From: a virus
Lineage: Duplodnaviria; Heunggongvirae; Uroviricota; Caudoviricetes
Reading direction: 5' to 3' (one strand)
Virus record (IMG/VR): IMGVR_UViG_2534681701_000009
DNA: 10,264 nucleotides
Shown here piece by piece: positions 1 through 7,193 of this stretch. Numbering within the stretch: position 1 is the first letter of the stretch; the number at the start of each line of letters is the position of its first letter. The position numbers and the translations under genes were made by a program. The notes beneath the pieces are model-generated. The model did no database searches and was not told the DNA's origin. It saw only the letters and a list, made by a program, of their open reading frames with translations.

Positions 1-1254
1 ATGCTGGAACAAATGGGCATTGCCGCGAAGCAAGCCTCGTATAAATTAGCGCAACTCTCCAGCCGCGAAAAAAATCGCGTGCTGGAAAAAATCGCCGATG
101 AACTGGAAGCACAAAGCGAAATCATCCTCAACGCTAACGCCCAGGATGTTGCTGACGCGCGAGCCAATGGCCTTAGCGAAGCGATGCTTGACCGTCTGGC
201 ACTGACGCCCGCACGGCTGAAAGGCATTGCCGACGATGTACGTCAGGTGTGCAACCTCGCCGATCCGGTGGGGCAGGTAATCGATGGCGGCGTACTGGAC
301 AGCGGCCTGCGTCTTGAGCGTCGTCGCGTACCGCTGGGGGTTATTGGCGTGATTTATGAAGCGCGCCCGAACGTGACGGTTGATGTCGCTTCGCTGTGCC
401 TGAAAACCGGTAATGCGGTGATCCTGCGCGGTGGCAAAGAAACGTGTCGCACTAACGCTGCAACGGTGGCGGTGATTCAGGACGCCCTGAAATCCTGCGG
501 CTTACCGGCGGGTGCCGTGCAGGCGATTGATAATCCTGACCGTGCGCTGGTCAGTGAAATGCTGCGTATGGATAAATACATCGACATGCTGATCCCGCGT
601 GGTGGCGCTGGTTTGCATAAACTGTGCCGTGAACAGTCGACAATCCCGGTGATCACAGGTGGTATAGGCGTATGCCATATTTACGTTGATGAAAGTGTAG
701 AGATCGCTGAAGCATTAAAAGTGATCGTCAACGCGAAAACTCAGCGTCCGAGCACATGTAATACGGTTGAAACGTTGCTGGTGAATAAAAACATCGCCGA
801 TAGCTTCCTGCCCGCATTAAGCAAACAAATGGCGGAAAGCGGCGTGACATTACACGCAGATGCAGCTGCACTGGCGCAGTTGCAGGCAGGCCCTGCGAAG
901 GTGGTTGCTGTTAAAGCCGAAGAGTATGACGATGAGTTTCTGTCATTAGATTTGAACGTCAAAATCGTCAGCGATCTTGACGATGCCATCGCCCATATTC
1001 GTGAACACGGCACACAACACTCCGATGCGATCCTGACCCGCGATATGCGCAACGCCCAGCGTTTTGTTAACGAAGTGGATTCGTCCGCTGTTTACGTTAA
1101 CGCCTCTACGCGTTTTACCGACGGCGGCCAGTTTGGTCTGGGTGCGGAAGTGGCGGTAAGCACACAAAAACTCCACGCGCGTGGCCCAATGGGGCTGGAA
1201 GCACTGACCACTTACAAGTGGATCGGCATTGGTGATTACACCATTCGTGCGTAA
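1..1254 (+). CDS. proA: gamma-glutamyl phosphate reductase (glutamate-5-semialdehyde dehydrogenase), complete, 417 aa
   Basis: Full-length ORF starting at window base 1 and ending in TAA; the translation matches the E. coli ProA sequence as I recall it; proA sits immediately upstream of thrW in E. coli. Confidence 0.95.
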
Positions 1255-1368
1255 ATAAAACCGGGTGATGCAAAAGTAGCCATTTGATTCACAAGGCCAT
1301 TGACGCATCGCCCGGTTAGTTTTAACCTTGTCCACCGTGATTCACGTTCGTGAACATGTCCTTTCAGG

Positions 1369-1444
1369 GCCGATATAGCTCAGTTGGTAGAGCAGCGCAT
1401 TCGTAATGCGAAGGTCGTAGGTTCGACTCCTATTATCGGCACCA
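1369..1444 (+). tRNA. thrW: tRNA-Thr (anticodon CGU), 76 nt with encoded CCA
   Basis: GCCGATATAGCTCAGTTGGTAGAGCAGCGCATTCGTAATGCGAAGGTCGTAGGTTCGACTCCTATTATCGGCACCA: cloverleaf-compatible acceptor/T-arm pairing, GTTCGA T-loop, anticodon loop TTCGTAA giving anticodon CGT; position after proA fits thrW. Confidence 0.9.
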
Positions 1445-1461
1445 TTCAAACATCTCCCCAA

Positions 1462-1482
1462 GTCTACTAAAGTCTTTCAAAA
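1462..1482. repeat. 21-bp direct repeat copy 1 (GTCTACTAAAGTCTTTCAAAA), candidate integrase arm-type site in attL
   Basis: Near-identical copy at 1525..1545 (2 mismatches), both between the tRNA 3' end and the integrase start. Confidence 0.45.
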
Positions 1483-1524
1483 CCCCTTATAATCCGCGTA
1501 TTAAAGCCCCGCTCGTCTTTTGAC

Positions 1525-1545
1525 GTCTACTAAAGTCCCTCAAAA
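1525..1545. repeat. 21-bp direct repeat copy 2 (GTCTACTAAAGTCCCTCAAAA), candidate integrase arm-type site in attL
   Basis: Matches 1462..1482 at 19 of 21 positions; followed by tandem ATGGGGGTA at 1557..1565 and 1569..1577. Confidence 0.45.
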
Positions 1546-1609
1546 TCTACGGTCAGATGGGGGTACTTATGGGGGTATTTGCTGTTCGGTTTAGTGGAGG
1601 TACCCCCAA

Positions 1610-2824
1610 GTGAAACTCAATGCCCGTCAAATAGACACAGCCAAGCCAAAAGAGAAGGCTTACAAGCTGGCCGATGGTGGCGGTTTGTATCTCTTGGTAA
1701 AACCTAATGGAGGTAAATACTGGCGACTTAAATATCGTGTAGCTGGTAAAGAGAAGCTATTGGCACTAGGTGTTTATCCTGAGGTTACTCTAGCCGATGC
1801 TCGGGCAAAACGTGAAGATGCGAAAAGAGGTATCGCTGGTGGTATCGATCCGATGGAAGCGAAACGAGAGGAAAAGATTGCCCGGGAAACGCAGTTAAAC
1901 AACACCTTCAAAGATATTGCCATTGAGTGGCACAGCAGCAAATTAAAAAAATGGTCTGCTGGTTATGCTTCAGACATCCTCGAAGCCTTCAACAAAGATG
2001 TGTTCCCTTACATTGGCAAAAAAACCATCGCCGAAATCAAACCACTTGAACTTCTGAATGTGCTGCGTCGCATCGAGGGGCGCGGTGCTACAGAAAAAGC
2101 CAAAAAAGTGAGGCAGCGGTGCGGGGAAGTTTTCCGCTATGCAATAGTCACTGGTCGCGCAGAGTATAACCCTGCACCAGACCTTACTAGCGCGATGCAA
2201 GGCCATGAATCTAATCATTACCCTTTCCTTACAGCCAAAGAATTACCTGATTTTTTCAAGGCATTGTCCAGTTACTCAGGAAGCGCATTGGTTGTTATGG
2301 CGGCTCGTCTACTGATTATCACCGGCTTGCGGACTGGCGAACTACGTGGCGCATTATGGGATGAAATTGATTTCAACAAGGCTATCTGGGAGATACCCGC
2401 TTCACGTATGAAAATGCGGCGGACTCATATTGTGCCATTGTCTGAGCAGGCTCTTTCGCTTATTGGGAAGATTAGAGAAATAACAGGCAATTACCCTCTT
2501 ATGTTTCCCGGGCGCAATGATCCAAGGAAAACAATGAGCGAGGCCAGCATAAACCAAGTGTTTAAGCGCATTGGCTACGCTGGACGTGTAACTGGTCATG
2601 GGTTCCGGCACACTATGAGTACGATTTTGCATGAGCAGGGCTATAACACCGCGTGGATAGAAACGCAGCTCGCTCACGTTGATAAGAACTCAATTCGTGG
2701 CACATACAACCATGCGCAATATCTGGATGGAAGGCGGGAGATGCTTCAATGGTATGCCGACTATATGGATTCTCTCGAGCATGGCGGAAATGTGGTGCAT
2801 ATGGTGTTTGAAAAACACGCATGA
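1610..2824 (+). CDS. int: P4-family tyrosine recombinase / integrase, 404 aa, GTG start
   Basis: ORF directly downstream of the tRNA; GGAGG 9 nt upstream of GTG; N-terminus KPKEKAYKLADGGGLYLLVKPNGGKYWRLKYR is typical of P4-type integrases; C-terminal HGFRHT ... RGTYNHAQY carries the recombinase His/Arg/Tyr catalytic motifs. Confidence 0.9.
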   Translation: MKLNARQIDTAKPKEKAYKLADGGGLYLLVKPNGGKYWRLKYRVAGKEKLLALGVYPEVTLADARAKREDAKRGIAGGIDPMEAKREEKIARETQLNNTFKDIAIEWHSSKLKKWSAGYASDILEAFNKDVFPYIGKKTIAEIKPLELLNVLRRIEGRGATEKAKKVRQRCGEVFRYAIVTGRAEYNPAPDLTSAMQGHESNHYPFLTAKELPDFFKALSSYSGSALVVMAARLLIITGLRTGELRGALWDEIDFNKAIWEIPASRMKMRRTHIVPLSEQALSLIGKIREITGNYPLMFPGRNDPRKTMSEASINQVFKRIGYAGRVTGHGFRHTMSTILHEQGYNTAWIETQLAHVDKNSIRGTYNHAQYLDGRREMLQWYADYMDSLEHGGNVVHMVFEKHA

Positions 2825-2967
2825 AACAACTGGACAAGTATACAGAGGTTTACTAAAGTATAGGGGAGTAGATTGATAAAAACTCACAGAGGATTGCTAT
2901 TTAACAGTTAGCCCTGGAGAAGGGCAATCGCTCTTTTATAAACGAAGGTGTATTGAGCCTTCTACGT

Positions 2968-3030
2968 CGCTGACAAAGCGGAATGTTCTTTAACAGGCTT
3001 TGGCGCTGACAAAGCGCAATTGTTCTTTAA
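2968..3030. repeat. two direct repeats of ~26 bp (CGCTGACAAAGCG-G/CAAT-TGTTCTTTAA) in the int-alpA intergenic region
   Basis: Copies at 2968..2993 and 3004..3030; each begins with a small CGCT...AGCG inverted motif; candidate regulator binding sites. Confidence 0.4.
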
Positions 3031-3134
3031 AACTACTGGATGTCACGCCTAATAGCGTGATCCTGCCGAAATGCAGGGTAGCTCTACCCTTGTGGAGCAA
3101 ACAAACCAAAACAATCTGACTATCTTTTATAAAA

Positions 3135-3163
3135 GACCGCAATATGTTTTTCATATTGTGGTC
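3135..3163. promoter_or_regulatory. 12-bp imperfect palindrome with 5-T spacer (GACCGCAATATG TTTTT CATATTGTGGTC), candidate operator or hairpin upstream of alpA
   Basis: 11 of 12 positions are self-complementary; lies ~90 bp upstream of the alpA ATG. Confidence 0.35.
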
Positions 3164-3268
3164 TTTGGCGTATTCGACATTTGACGCAAATAAAACTCTC
3201 GCCATTCGTTGCAGGAGGGAGTTATTGCGTCATTAGTACAGGATATTAATAAATGGCTAATTACAATT

Positions 3269-3277
3269 CATTAATTC
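3269..3277. repeat. IS1 target-site duplication, left copy (CATTAATTC)
   Basis: Identical 9-mer directly flanks the other IS1 end at 4046..4054; 9 bp is the usual IS1 duplication length. Confidence 0.9.
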
Positions 3278-3292
3278 GGTAATGACTCTAAC

Positions 3293-3796
3293 TTATTGAT
3301 AGTGTTTTATGTTCAGATAATGCCCGATGACTTTGTCATGCAGCTCCACCGATTTTGAGAACGACAGCGACTTCCGTCCCAGCCGTGCCAGGTGCTGCCT
3401 CAGATTCAGGTTATGCCGCTCAATTCGCTGCGTATATCGCTTGCTGATTACGTGCAGCTTTCCCTTCAGGCGGGATTCATACAGCGGCCAGCCATCCGTC
3501 ATCCATATCACCACGTCAAAGGGTGACAGCAGGCTCATAAGACGCCCCAGCGTCGCCATAGTGCGTTCACCGAATACGTGCGCAACAACCGTCTTCCGGA
3601 GCCTGTCATACGCGTAAAACAGCCAGCGCTGGCGCGATTTAGCCCCGACATAGCCCCACTGTTCGTCCATTTCCGCGCAGACGATGACGTCACTGCCCGG
3701 CTGTATGCGCGAGGTTACCGACTGCGGCCTGAGTTTTTTAAGTGACGTAAAATCGTGTTGAGGCCAACGCCCATAATGCGGGCTGTTGCCCGGCAT
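3293..3796 (-). CDS. insB: IS1 InsB reading frame (expressed as InsAB' fusion via -1 frameshift), 167 aa as listed
   Basis: Translation ...[96 protein letters not shown]... matches IS1 InsB; overlaps insA as in IS1. Confidence 0.9.
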
Positions 3797-3990
3797 CCAA
3801 CGCCATTCATGGCCATATCAATGATTTTCTGGTGCGTACCGGGTTGAGAAGCAGTGTAAGTGAACTGCAGTTGCCATGTTTTACGGCAGTGAGAGCAGAG
3901 ATAGCGCTGATGTCCGGCAGTGCTTTTGCCGTTACGCACCACCCCGTCAGTAGCTGAACAGGAGGGACAGCTGATAGAAACAGAAGCCAC
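3715..3990 (-). CDS. insA: IS1 InsA (transposition regulator / N-terminal part of InsAB' transposase), 91 aa
   Basis: Translation [43 protein letters not shown]... is the canonical IS1 InsA with its zinc-finger motif. Confidence 0.93.
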
Positions 3991-4045
3991 TGGAGCACCT
4001 CAAAAACACCATCATACACTAAATCAGTAAGTTGGCAGCATCACC

Positions 4046-4054
4046 CATTAATTC
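4046..4054. repeat. IS1 target-site duplication, right copy (CATTAATTC)
   Basis: Identical to 3269..3277. Confidence 0.9.
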
Positions 4055-4232
4055 GTCTCTCTGAAGTTCAAAGGCGAACTGGTTATAGCAAAGCATGGAT
4101 TTATCGTCTTATTAGTCAGGGGAGGTTCCCTAAACAGGTAAAAATTGGAAGTCGGGCAATTGCTTTTGTTGAGTCTGAAATAGATGAATGGATTGAGAAG
4201 TGTATATTAGAATCTAGAGACGAGGTGGCCTG

Positions 4233-4664
4233 ATGGAAAAGAAAAACCGCCCATTACAGGCGGCTAATTCAGATATTCGTGTATCTGATGTTACGCCCCT
4301 TACAAAATCCCTTCAAGCACCAAAGCGCACACCGAAAAAGCATCGTGCCAGAGTCTATATGCTGCGTACTGGTATAGAGGGATGGACAGAAAATGACATT
4401 CTTCGCTACTGCCGTCTGTCTTCTGGTCGTAACTATGCAACAGAGTTAGAACGCCAGCTTGGAATCACTCTGGAGCGTATCGACGAAAAGAATCCTGATG
4501 GTATCGGAACACACCTTCGCTACCGTTTCTCCTGCCGTGGTGATGTTCTGAAAGTGATCACTCATATTAACCATCTTGCGAACATAAATGATCACAACGG
4601 ACTTTCTCAGCAGGAAATTGCCGACATTCTGAAACTCTACCCGGACGCGTTTAACGCCGCCTAA
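4233..4664 (+). CDS. hypothetical protein, 143 aa, basic N-terminus; function unknown
   Basis: ATG overlaps the alpA stop (TGATG); ORF with protein-like composition; no family recognised by eye. Confidence 0.65.
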   Translation: MEKKNRPLQAANSDIRVSDVTPLTKSLQAPKRTPKKHRARVYMLRTGIEGWTENDILRYCRLSSGRNYATELERQLGITLERIDEKNPDGIGTHLRYRFSCRGDVLKVITHINHLANINDHNGLSQQEIADILKLYPDAFNAA

Positions 4665-4676
4665 CGGAGACTGAAA

Positions 4677-5510
4677 ATGAACATCGAAAAAAGCAGATTA
4701 ATTTCTGAGGCCGCCCCTCATCTGAACGCCTCTCTGGGCACAATTAACGGTAATGAATTTGCCGCAATTGTCCCGGTTATTCCTGGTCATATCGGTGGGC
4801 GTGAAACCAATATTGTTAGCGCAAAAGCGTTACACAAAGCGTTGGGCGTGGGAAAAGACTTCTCTACATGGATCACTGATCGCATCTCTGAATATGACTT
4901 CACCATTGGGCACGATTACTCAGTCCATAAAACAATTTCCCCAAATTTGGGGAAAAGCCCGAATGGCGCGGCTTACAGCAAGATAAAGCACTCTGGCAGA
5001 CCCGGCAAAGACTATCTGTTAAGTGTCGGAATGGCGAAAGAACTGGCAATGATCGAACGCAATGATCAGGGTCGCGCTATCCGCCGTTATTTCATCCAGT
5101 GCGAGGAAGAATTACAGCGTAGCGTGCCTGAAATCGCCGCCCGCTATCGTCGCCAGCTAAAAGCCCGTATCAGTGCCGCAAACAACTTTAAGCCAATGTG
5201 CGATGCGCTGAATATGGCCCGTGCCGAGATGGGTAAAACGACGCAGCAACACCACTACACAAACGAGAGCAATATGATTTCTCGTATCGTTCTTGGTGGG
5301 CTAACTGCTAAGCAGTGGGCGCGGATAAATGGCTATTCTGGCGAACCTCGCGACCATATGAACGCAGAACAGCTTGAGCACCTCTCATATCTCGAAAGCA
5401 CCAATATCACGTTAATTGATATGGGCATGGAATATGAGCAGCGCAAAGGAGAACTCACCCGCCTGTCGCAACGCTGGCTCGCTAAGCGTCTGGAGGCGGT
5501 CCATGTTTAA
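4677..5510 (+). CDS. phage antirepressor-like protein (AntA/Rha-type N-terminal region), 277 aa
   Basis: GGAG 8 nt upstream of ATG; motifs KDFSTWITDRISEYDF and LSVGMAKELAMIERNDQGRAIRRYFIQCEEEL resemble AntA/Rha-family antirepressor domains from memory. Confidence 0.7.
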   Translation: MNIEKSRLISEAAPHLNASLGTINGNEFAAIVPVIPGHIGGRETNIVSAKALHKALGVGKDFSTWITDRISEYDFTIGHDYSVHKTISPNLGKSPNGAAYSKIKHSGRPGKDYLLSVGMAKELAMIERNDQGRAIRRYFIQCEEELQRSVPEIAARYRRQLKARISAANNFKPMCDALNMARAEMGKTTQQHHYTNESNMISRIVLGGLTAKQWARINGYSGEPRDHMNAEQLEHLSYLESTNITLIDMGMEYEQRKGELTRLSQRWLAKRLEAVHV

Positions 5511-5685
5511 GCCGACAGGAACACCACAACCTCAAAAACGCTACAAAGATGCCCACGGAGCACTCGTTACTGTCGAAAGCGTGTCTCACAACCGAGTGAC
5601 GTTTTATCGCGACGGGTATCAATCGCCATGCGTACAACCGCTGGCGCGTTTCATGAAGGAGTTCGCGGAGGTTAACAAATGCTAA
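5503..5685 (+). CDS. small hypothetical protein, 60 aa (MFKPTGTPQ...)
   Basis: ATG embedded in the upstream stop (ATGTTTAA) suggests translational coupling; I prefer this start to the longer 5416 start in the ORF track, which overlaps the upstream gene by 95 nt. Confidence 0.5.
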   Translation: MFKPTGTPQPQKRYKDAHGALVTVESVSHNRVTFYRDGYQSPCVQPLARFMKEFAEVNKC

Positions 5686-6746
5686 CCGTCCAGAAGAAGA
5701 CATTTTCACTGGCTGGTATGTCGCCAAAATCCAGTAATATGACGGCAAAGTCAGGCATTAATACAGCAGATACAAGCAAAGTTTATCATTTGCTGGTGGT
5801 CGGAACGGATGCCTTAACCATATCAGAAATCTCGGGCGATGATATTAGCATTGAGAAGGTCAGCGGCTGCGCCAGAAAATTTCTGGTCGTAGATGATGTC
5901 TTCCGCTCGTGTAGTGACTCCACAAAAACATTCGTCCACGCGCGTGACGTTAACGAAATGAGCGCGATGTACTGTGCATCTGGTGCTTCCAATAGCGAGT
6001 TTTCGGAGTCCATAAAAAAGAGCTTGCCGTTATGCGGCAACACGGTTTATGGTTATAAGGCACCTCATAAAACGGGTGCCGGGATTGGCGTCCTGGTAAA
6101 TCGAATGGCGACATATGACGCGCCGAGCGTCTTTTTTTATGTCGTAGGTCTGACTCACCCATTTTTTGGGCGTTGGTGTATAATCCAGCGCCTTTGTCAA
6201 TCAATGGTGGCTCAGGCAGGGGCTTCTTCGGAAGCGCCGGTATCCATTCGAGCCGGTTACGCCAACCCTGTCTGGGCTACCACCAGCGAAATTGGCGTTT
6301 CCGGTGGTAGCGTTACATGCTATCGAATGGAGGCTGCCACATGCTGGCTACTACCCCTACCCAAAAACCGCAATTTATCTGGATTATCGCCGCAGTTCGC
6401 CGCGATTGCCCGACAATTACCGCCAAAATTCATCATATTGCTGCCGAGTCTGAACGCGATGCTCGCCGTTCTCTGGTGCGCGATCACGTCTGCTTTTTTG
6501 CTGGTCGTATCCGCATGGAGGTGGCTCATGATTAAAACCTACGATGTGCATATGGATCCCCTCGAACGCACAAGCCAGATCATCACACTGACAGAAGTGA
6601 TTAACGACATTCTGGTGAGCAACTCTCCCTCACGAGACGAAAGACTGAAGGCGTTACTCGCGATATTGGATCTCGCCGTTCGTGACGTTCATTTCCTGCT
6701 GGAAGGTGGCGAAATGCCAGGAAAAACGGGGGCAACCAATGAATAA
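5679..6746 (+). CDS. uncertain: 355-codon open frame; plausibly a real coupled gene at its 5' end (5679 to ~6116) but no in-frame stop before 6746
   Basis: ATG overlaps the upstream stop (ATGCTAA) with GAGG 7 nt upstream; frame stays open through a terminator-like hairpin, a promoter-like TATAAT, the structured region and the out-of-frame Icd-like ORF. Probably not one protein. Confidence 0.25.
   Translation: MLTVQKKTFSLAGMSPKSSNMTAKSGINTADTSKVYHLLVVGTDALTISEISGDDISIEKVSGCARKFLVVDDVFRSCSDSTKTFVHARDVNEMSAMYCASGASNSEFSESIKKSLPLCGNTVYGYKAPHKTGAGIGVLVNRMATYDAPSVFFYVVGLTHPFFGRWCIIQRLCQSMVAQAGASSEAPVSIRAGYANPVWATTSEIGVSGGSVTCYRMEAATCWLLPLPKNRNLSGLSPQFAAIARQLPPKFIILLPSLNAMLAVLWCAITSAFLLVVSAWRWLMIKTYDVHMDPLERTSQIITLTEVINDILVSNSPSRDERLKALLAILDLAVRDVHFLLEGGEMPGKTGATNE
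6117..6138 (+). terminator. candidate rho-independent terminator (GACGC-GCCGA-GCGTC followed by T7)
   Basis: 5-bp GC-rich stem, 5-nt loop, immediately followed by TTTTTTT at 6132..6138; lies at the end of the alpA-to-orf60 coupled module. Confidence 0.4.
6150..6184 (+). promoter_or_regulatory. candidate sigma70 promoter, perfect -10 TATAAT at 6179..6184 with TG two bases upstream and an A/T-rich tract before it
   Basis: GGTGTATAAT; no canonical -35 at 17-bp spacing, so assignment rests on the -10 and context (just downstream of the terminator, upstream of the structured region and icd-like gene). Confidence 0.4.
6199..6335 (+). ncRNA. candidate C4/CI-type antisense immunity RNA with flanking target sites (approximate bounds)
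   Basis: 9-bp stem GCTACCACC (6276..6284) / GGTGGTAGC (6303..6311); TCCATTCGA (6243..6251) is complementary to TCGAATGGA (6323..6331), which overlaps the GGAGG ribosome-binding site of the icd-like ORF; a related ATCAATGGTGG motif sits upstream at 6199..6210. Confidence 0.4.
6341..6535 (+). CDS. Icd-like (host cell division inhibitor-like) small protein, 64 aa
   Basis: GGAGG 7 nt upstream of ATG; [22 protein letters not shown]... resembles Icd-like proteins of P1/P4-type immunity regions from memory; stop overlaps the next ATG. Confidence 0.55.
   Translation: MLATTPTQKPQFIWIIAAVRRDCPTITAKIHHIAAESERDARRSLVRDHVCFFAGRIRMEVAHD
6528..6746 (+). CDS. small hypothetical protein, 72 aa
   Basis: ATG overlaps the icd-like stop; first of a chain of coupled ORFs. 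Confidence 0.5.
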   Translation: MIKTYDVHMDPLERTSQIITLTEVINDILVSNSPSRDERLKALLAILDLAVRDVHFLLEGGEMPGKTGATNE

Positions 6747-6933
6747 CTCAATTAATACCCCTCGCCTTACGTCCGCACTTCAATTAATCGAGCAAGCAGC
6801 GGCTGTCCCGGTTGCTGTCAGTCTTTCGGCTGAAGAAATGGACGCTGCTGATGTCGTGGATGCGATTAAAGCGTGCTCATCTTTGGTTAACGATGCCCGT
6901 GACGAGCTGGTAATTCTTGGGGGTGAAAAATGA
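6739..6933 (+). CDS. small hypothetical protein, 64 aa ([10 protein letters not shown]...)
   Basis: Start embedded in upstream stop as ATGAATAA; preferred over the 6682 start in the ORF track. Confidence 0.5.
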   Translation: MNNSINTPRLTSALQLIEQAAAVPVAVSLSAEEMDAADVVDAIKACSSLVNDARDELVILGGEK

Positions 6934-7193
6934 ATATCAACTTAATTTATCGTCATCCGTGTGAGCTGGAAATTGAATCATTGCTGAGCCGTGAAGAGCC
7001 ATATCCAGACACATTCACTCTTGCAGATCGCACGACTGAACGGCTTACCAGAGCGCGCACAGGTCTGGTTCATGTGATGAATGAGATTCTTCCATCGGTG
7101 GGAGGGGAACAGGCGACAGTAATCACTAGCTGGCTACAAAAAGTTACCTCTCTGATAGATATCAGTTTAATCGATGCGGAGAGTGCGAAATGA
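6930..7193 (+). CDS. small hypothetical protein, 87 aa
   Basis: ATGA start/stop overlap with upstream ORF. Confidence 0.55.
   Translation: MNINLIYRHPCELEIESLLSREEPYPDTFTLADRTTERLTRARTGLVHVMNEILPSVGGEQATVITSWLQKVTSLIDISLIDAESAK

Larger units (their letters stand above)
3278..4045 (-). mobile_element. IS1 insertion sequence, complete 768 bp, transposase genes on minus strand
   Basis: Terminal inverted repeats GGTAATGACTCTAACTTATTGAT (3278..3300) and ATCAGTAAGTTGGCAGCATCACC (4023..4045); contains insA and insB ORFs; flanked by 9-bp direct repeat. Confidence 0.95.
3253..4233 (+). pseudogene. alpA: alpA-like (AlpA/Vis family) transcriptional regulator, interrupted after codon 8 by IS1; intact length would be 68 aa
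   Basis: Joining 3253..3277 to 4055..4233 (removing IS1 and one TSD copy) restores one ORF: MANYNSLIRLSEVQRRTGYSKAWIYRLISQGRFPKQVKIGSRAIAFVESEIDEWIEKCILESRDEVA*, with the AlpA-type helix-turn-helix signature; its stop TGA overlaps the next ATG (TGATG). Confidence 0.8.

Noticed and set aside
741-1335. Minus-strand ORFs 741..1052 and 946..1335 (103 and 129 aa)
   Set aside because: Lie antisense within proA, a confidently identified housekeeping gene; cysteine/serine-rich, non-protein-like composition; shadow ORFs.
1970-2887. ORFs 1970..2218(-), 2402..2677(-), 2613..2837(-), 2679..2876(+), 2690..2887(-)
   Set aside because: Overlap the integrase gene in antisense or alternate frames, or span its 3' end; no ribosome-binding sites noted and odd composition.
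2911-2937. Possible intrinsic terminator after int (GCCCT-GGAGA-AGGGC then T-tract)
   Set aside because: The T-tract starts 9 nt after the stem and is only 4 T long; too weak to call.
2990-3205. Minus-strand ORF of 71 aa in the int-alpA intergenic region
   Set aside because: Covers the repeat/palindrome region; likely an artefact of A/T-rich regulatory DNA rather than a gene.
3327-4019. ORFs 3327..3617(+) and 3807..4019(-) inside IS1
   Set aside because: Alternate-frame or antisense ORFs within the well-characterised IS1; the real products are InsA and InsB.
4753-4986. Plus-strand 77-aa ORF inside the AntA-like gene
   Set aside because: Alternate frame of a longer, better-supported gene.
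5416-5685. Longer 89-aa version of the small ORF starting at 5416
   Set aside because: Would overlap the AntA-like gene by 95 nt; the internal ATG at 5503 embedded in the upstream stop is the more plausible start.
6317-6340. Upstream ATG (6317) as start of the icd-like ORF
   Set aside because: The ATG at 6341 has a GGAGG at optimal spacing; 6317 would place the start inside the proposed paired region without a good ribosome-binding site.
5482-6529. Minus-strand ORFs 5482..5748, 5786..6043, 5950..6204, 6320..6529
   Set aside because: Antisense to the coupled plus-strand genes and the structured region; no supporting signals.
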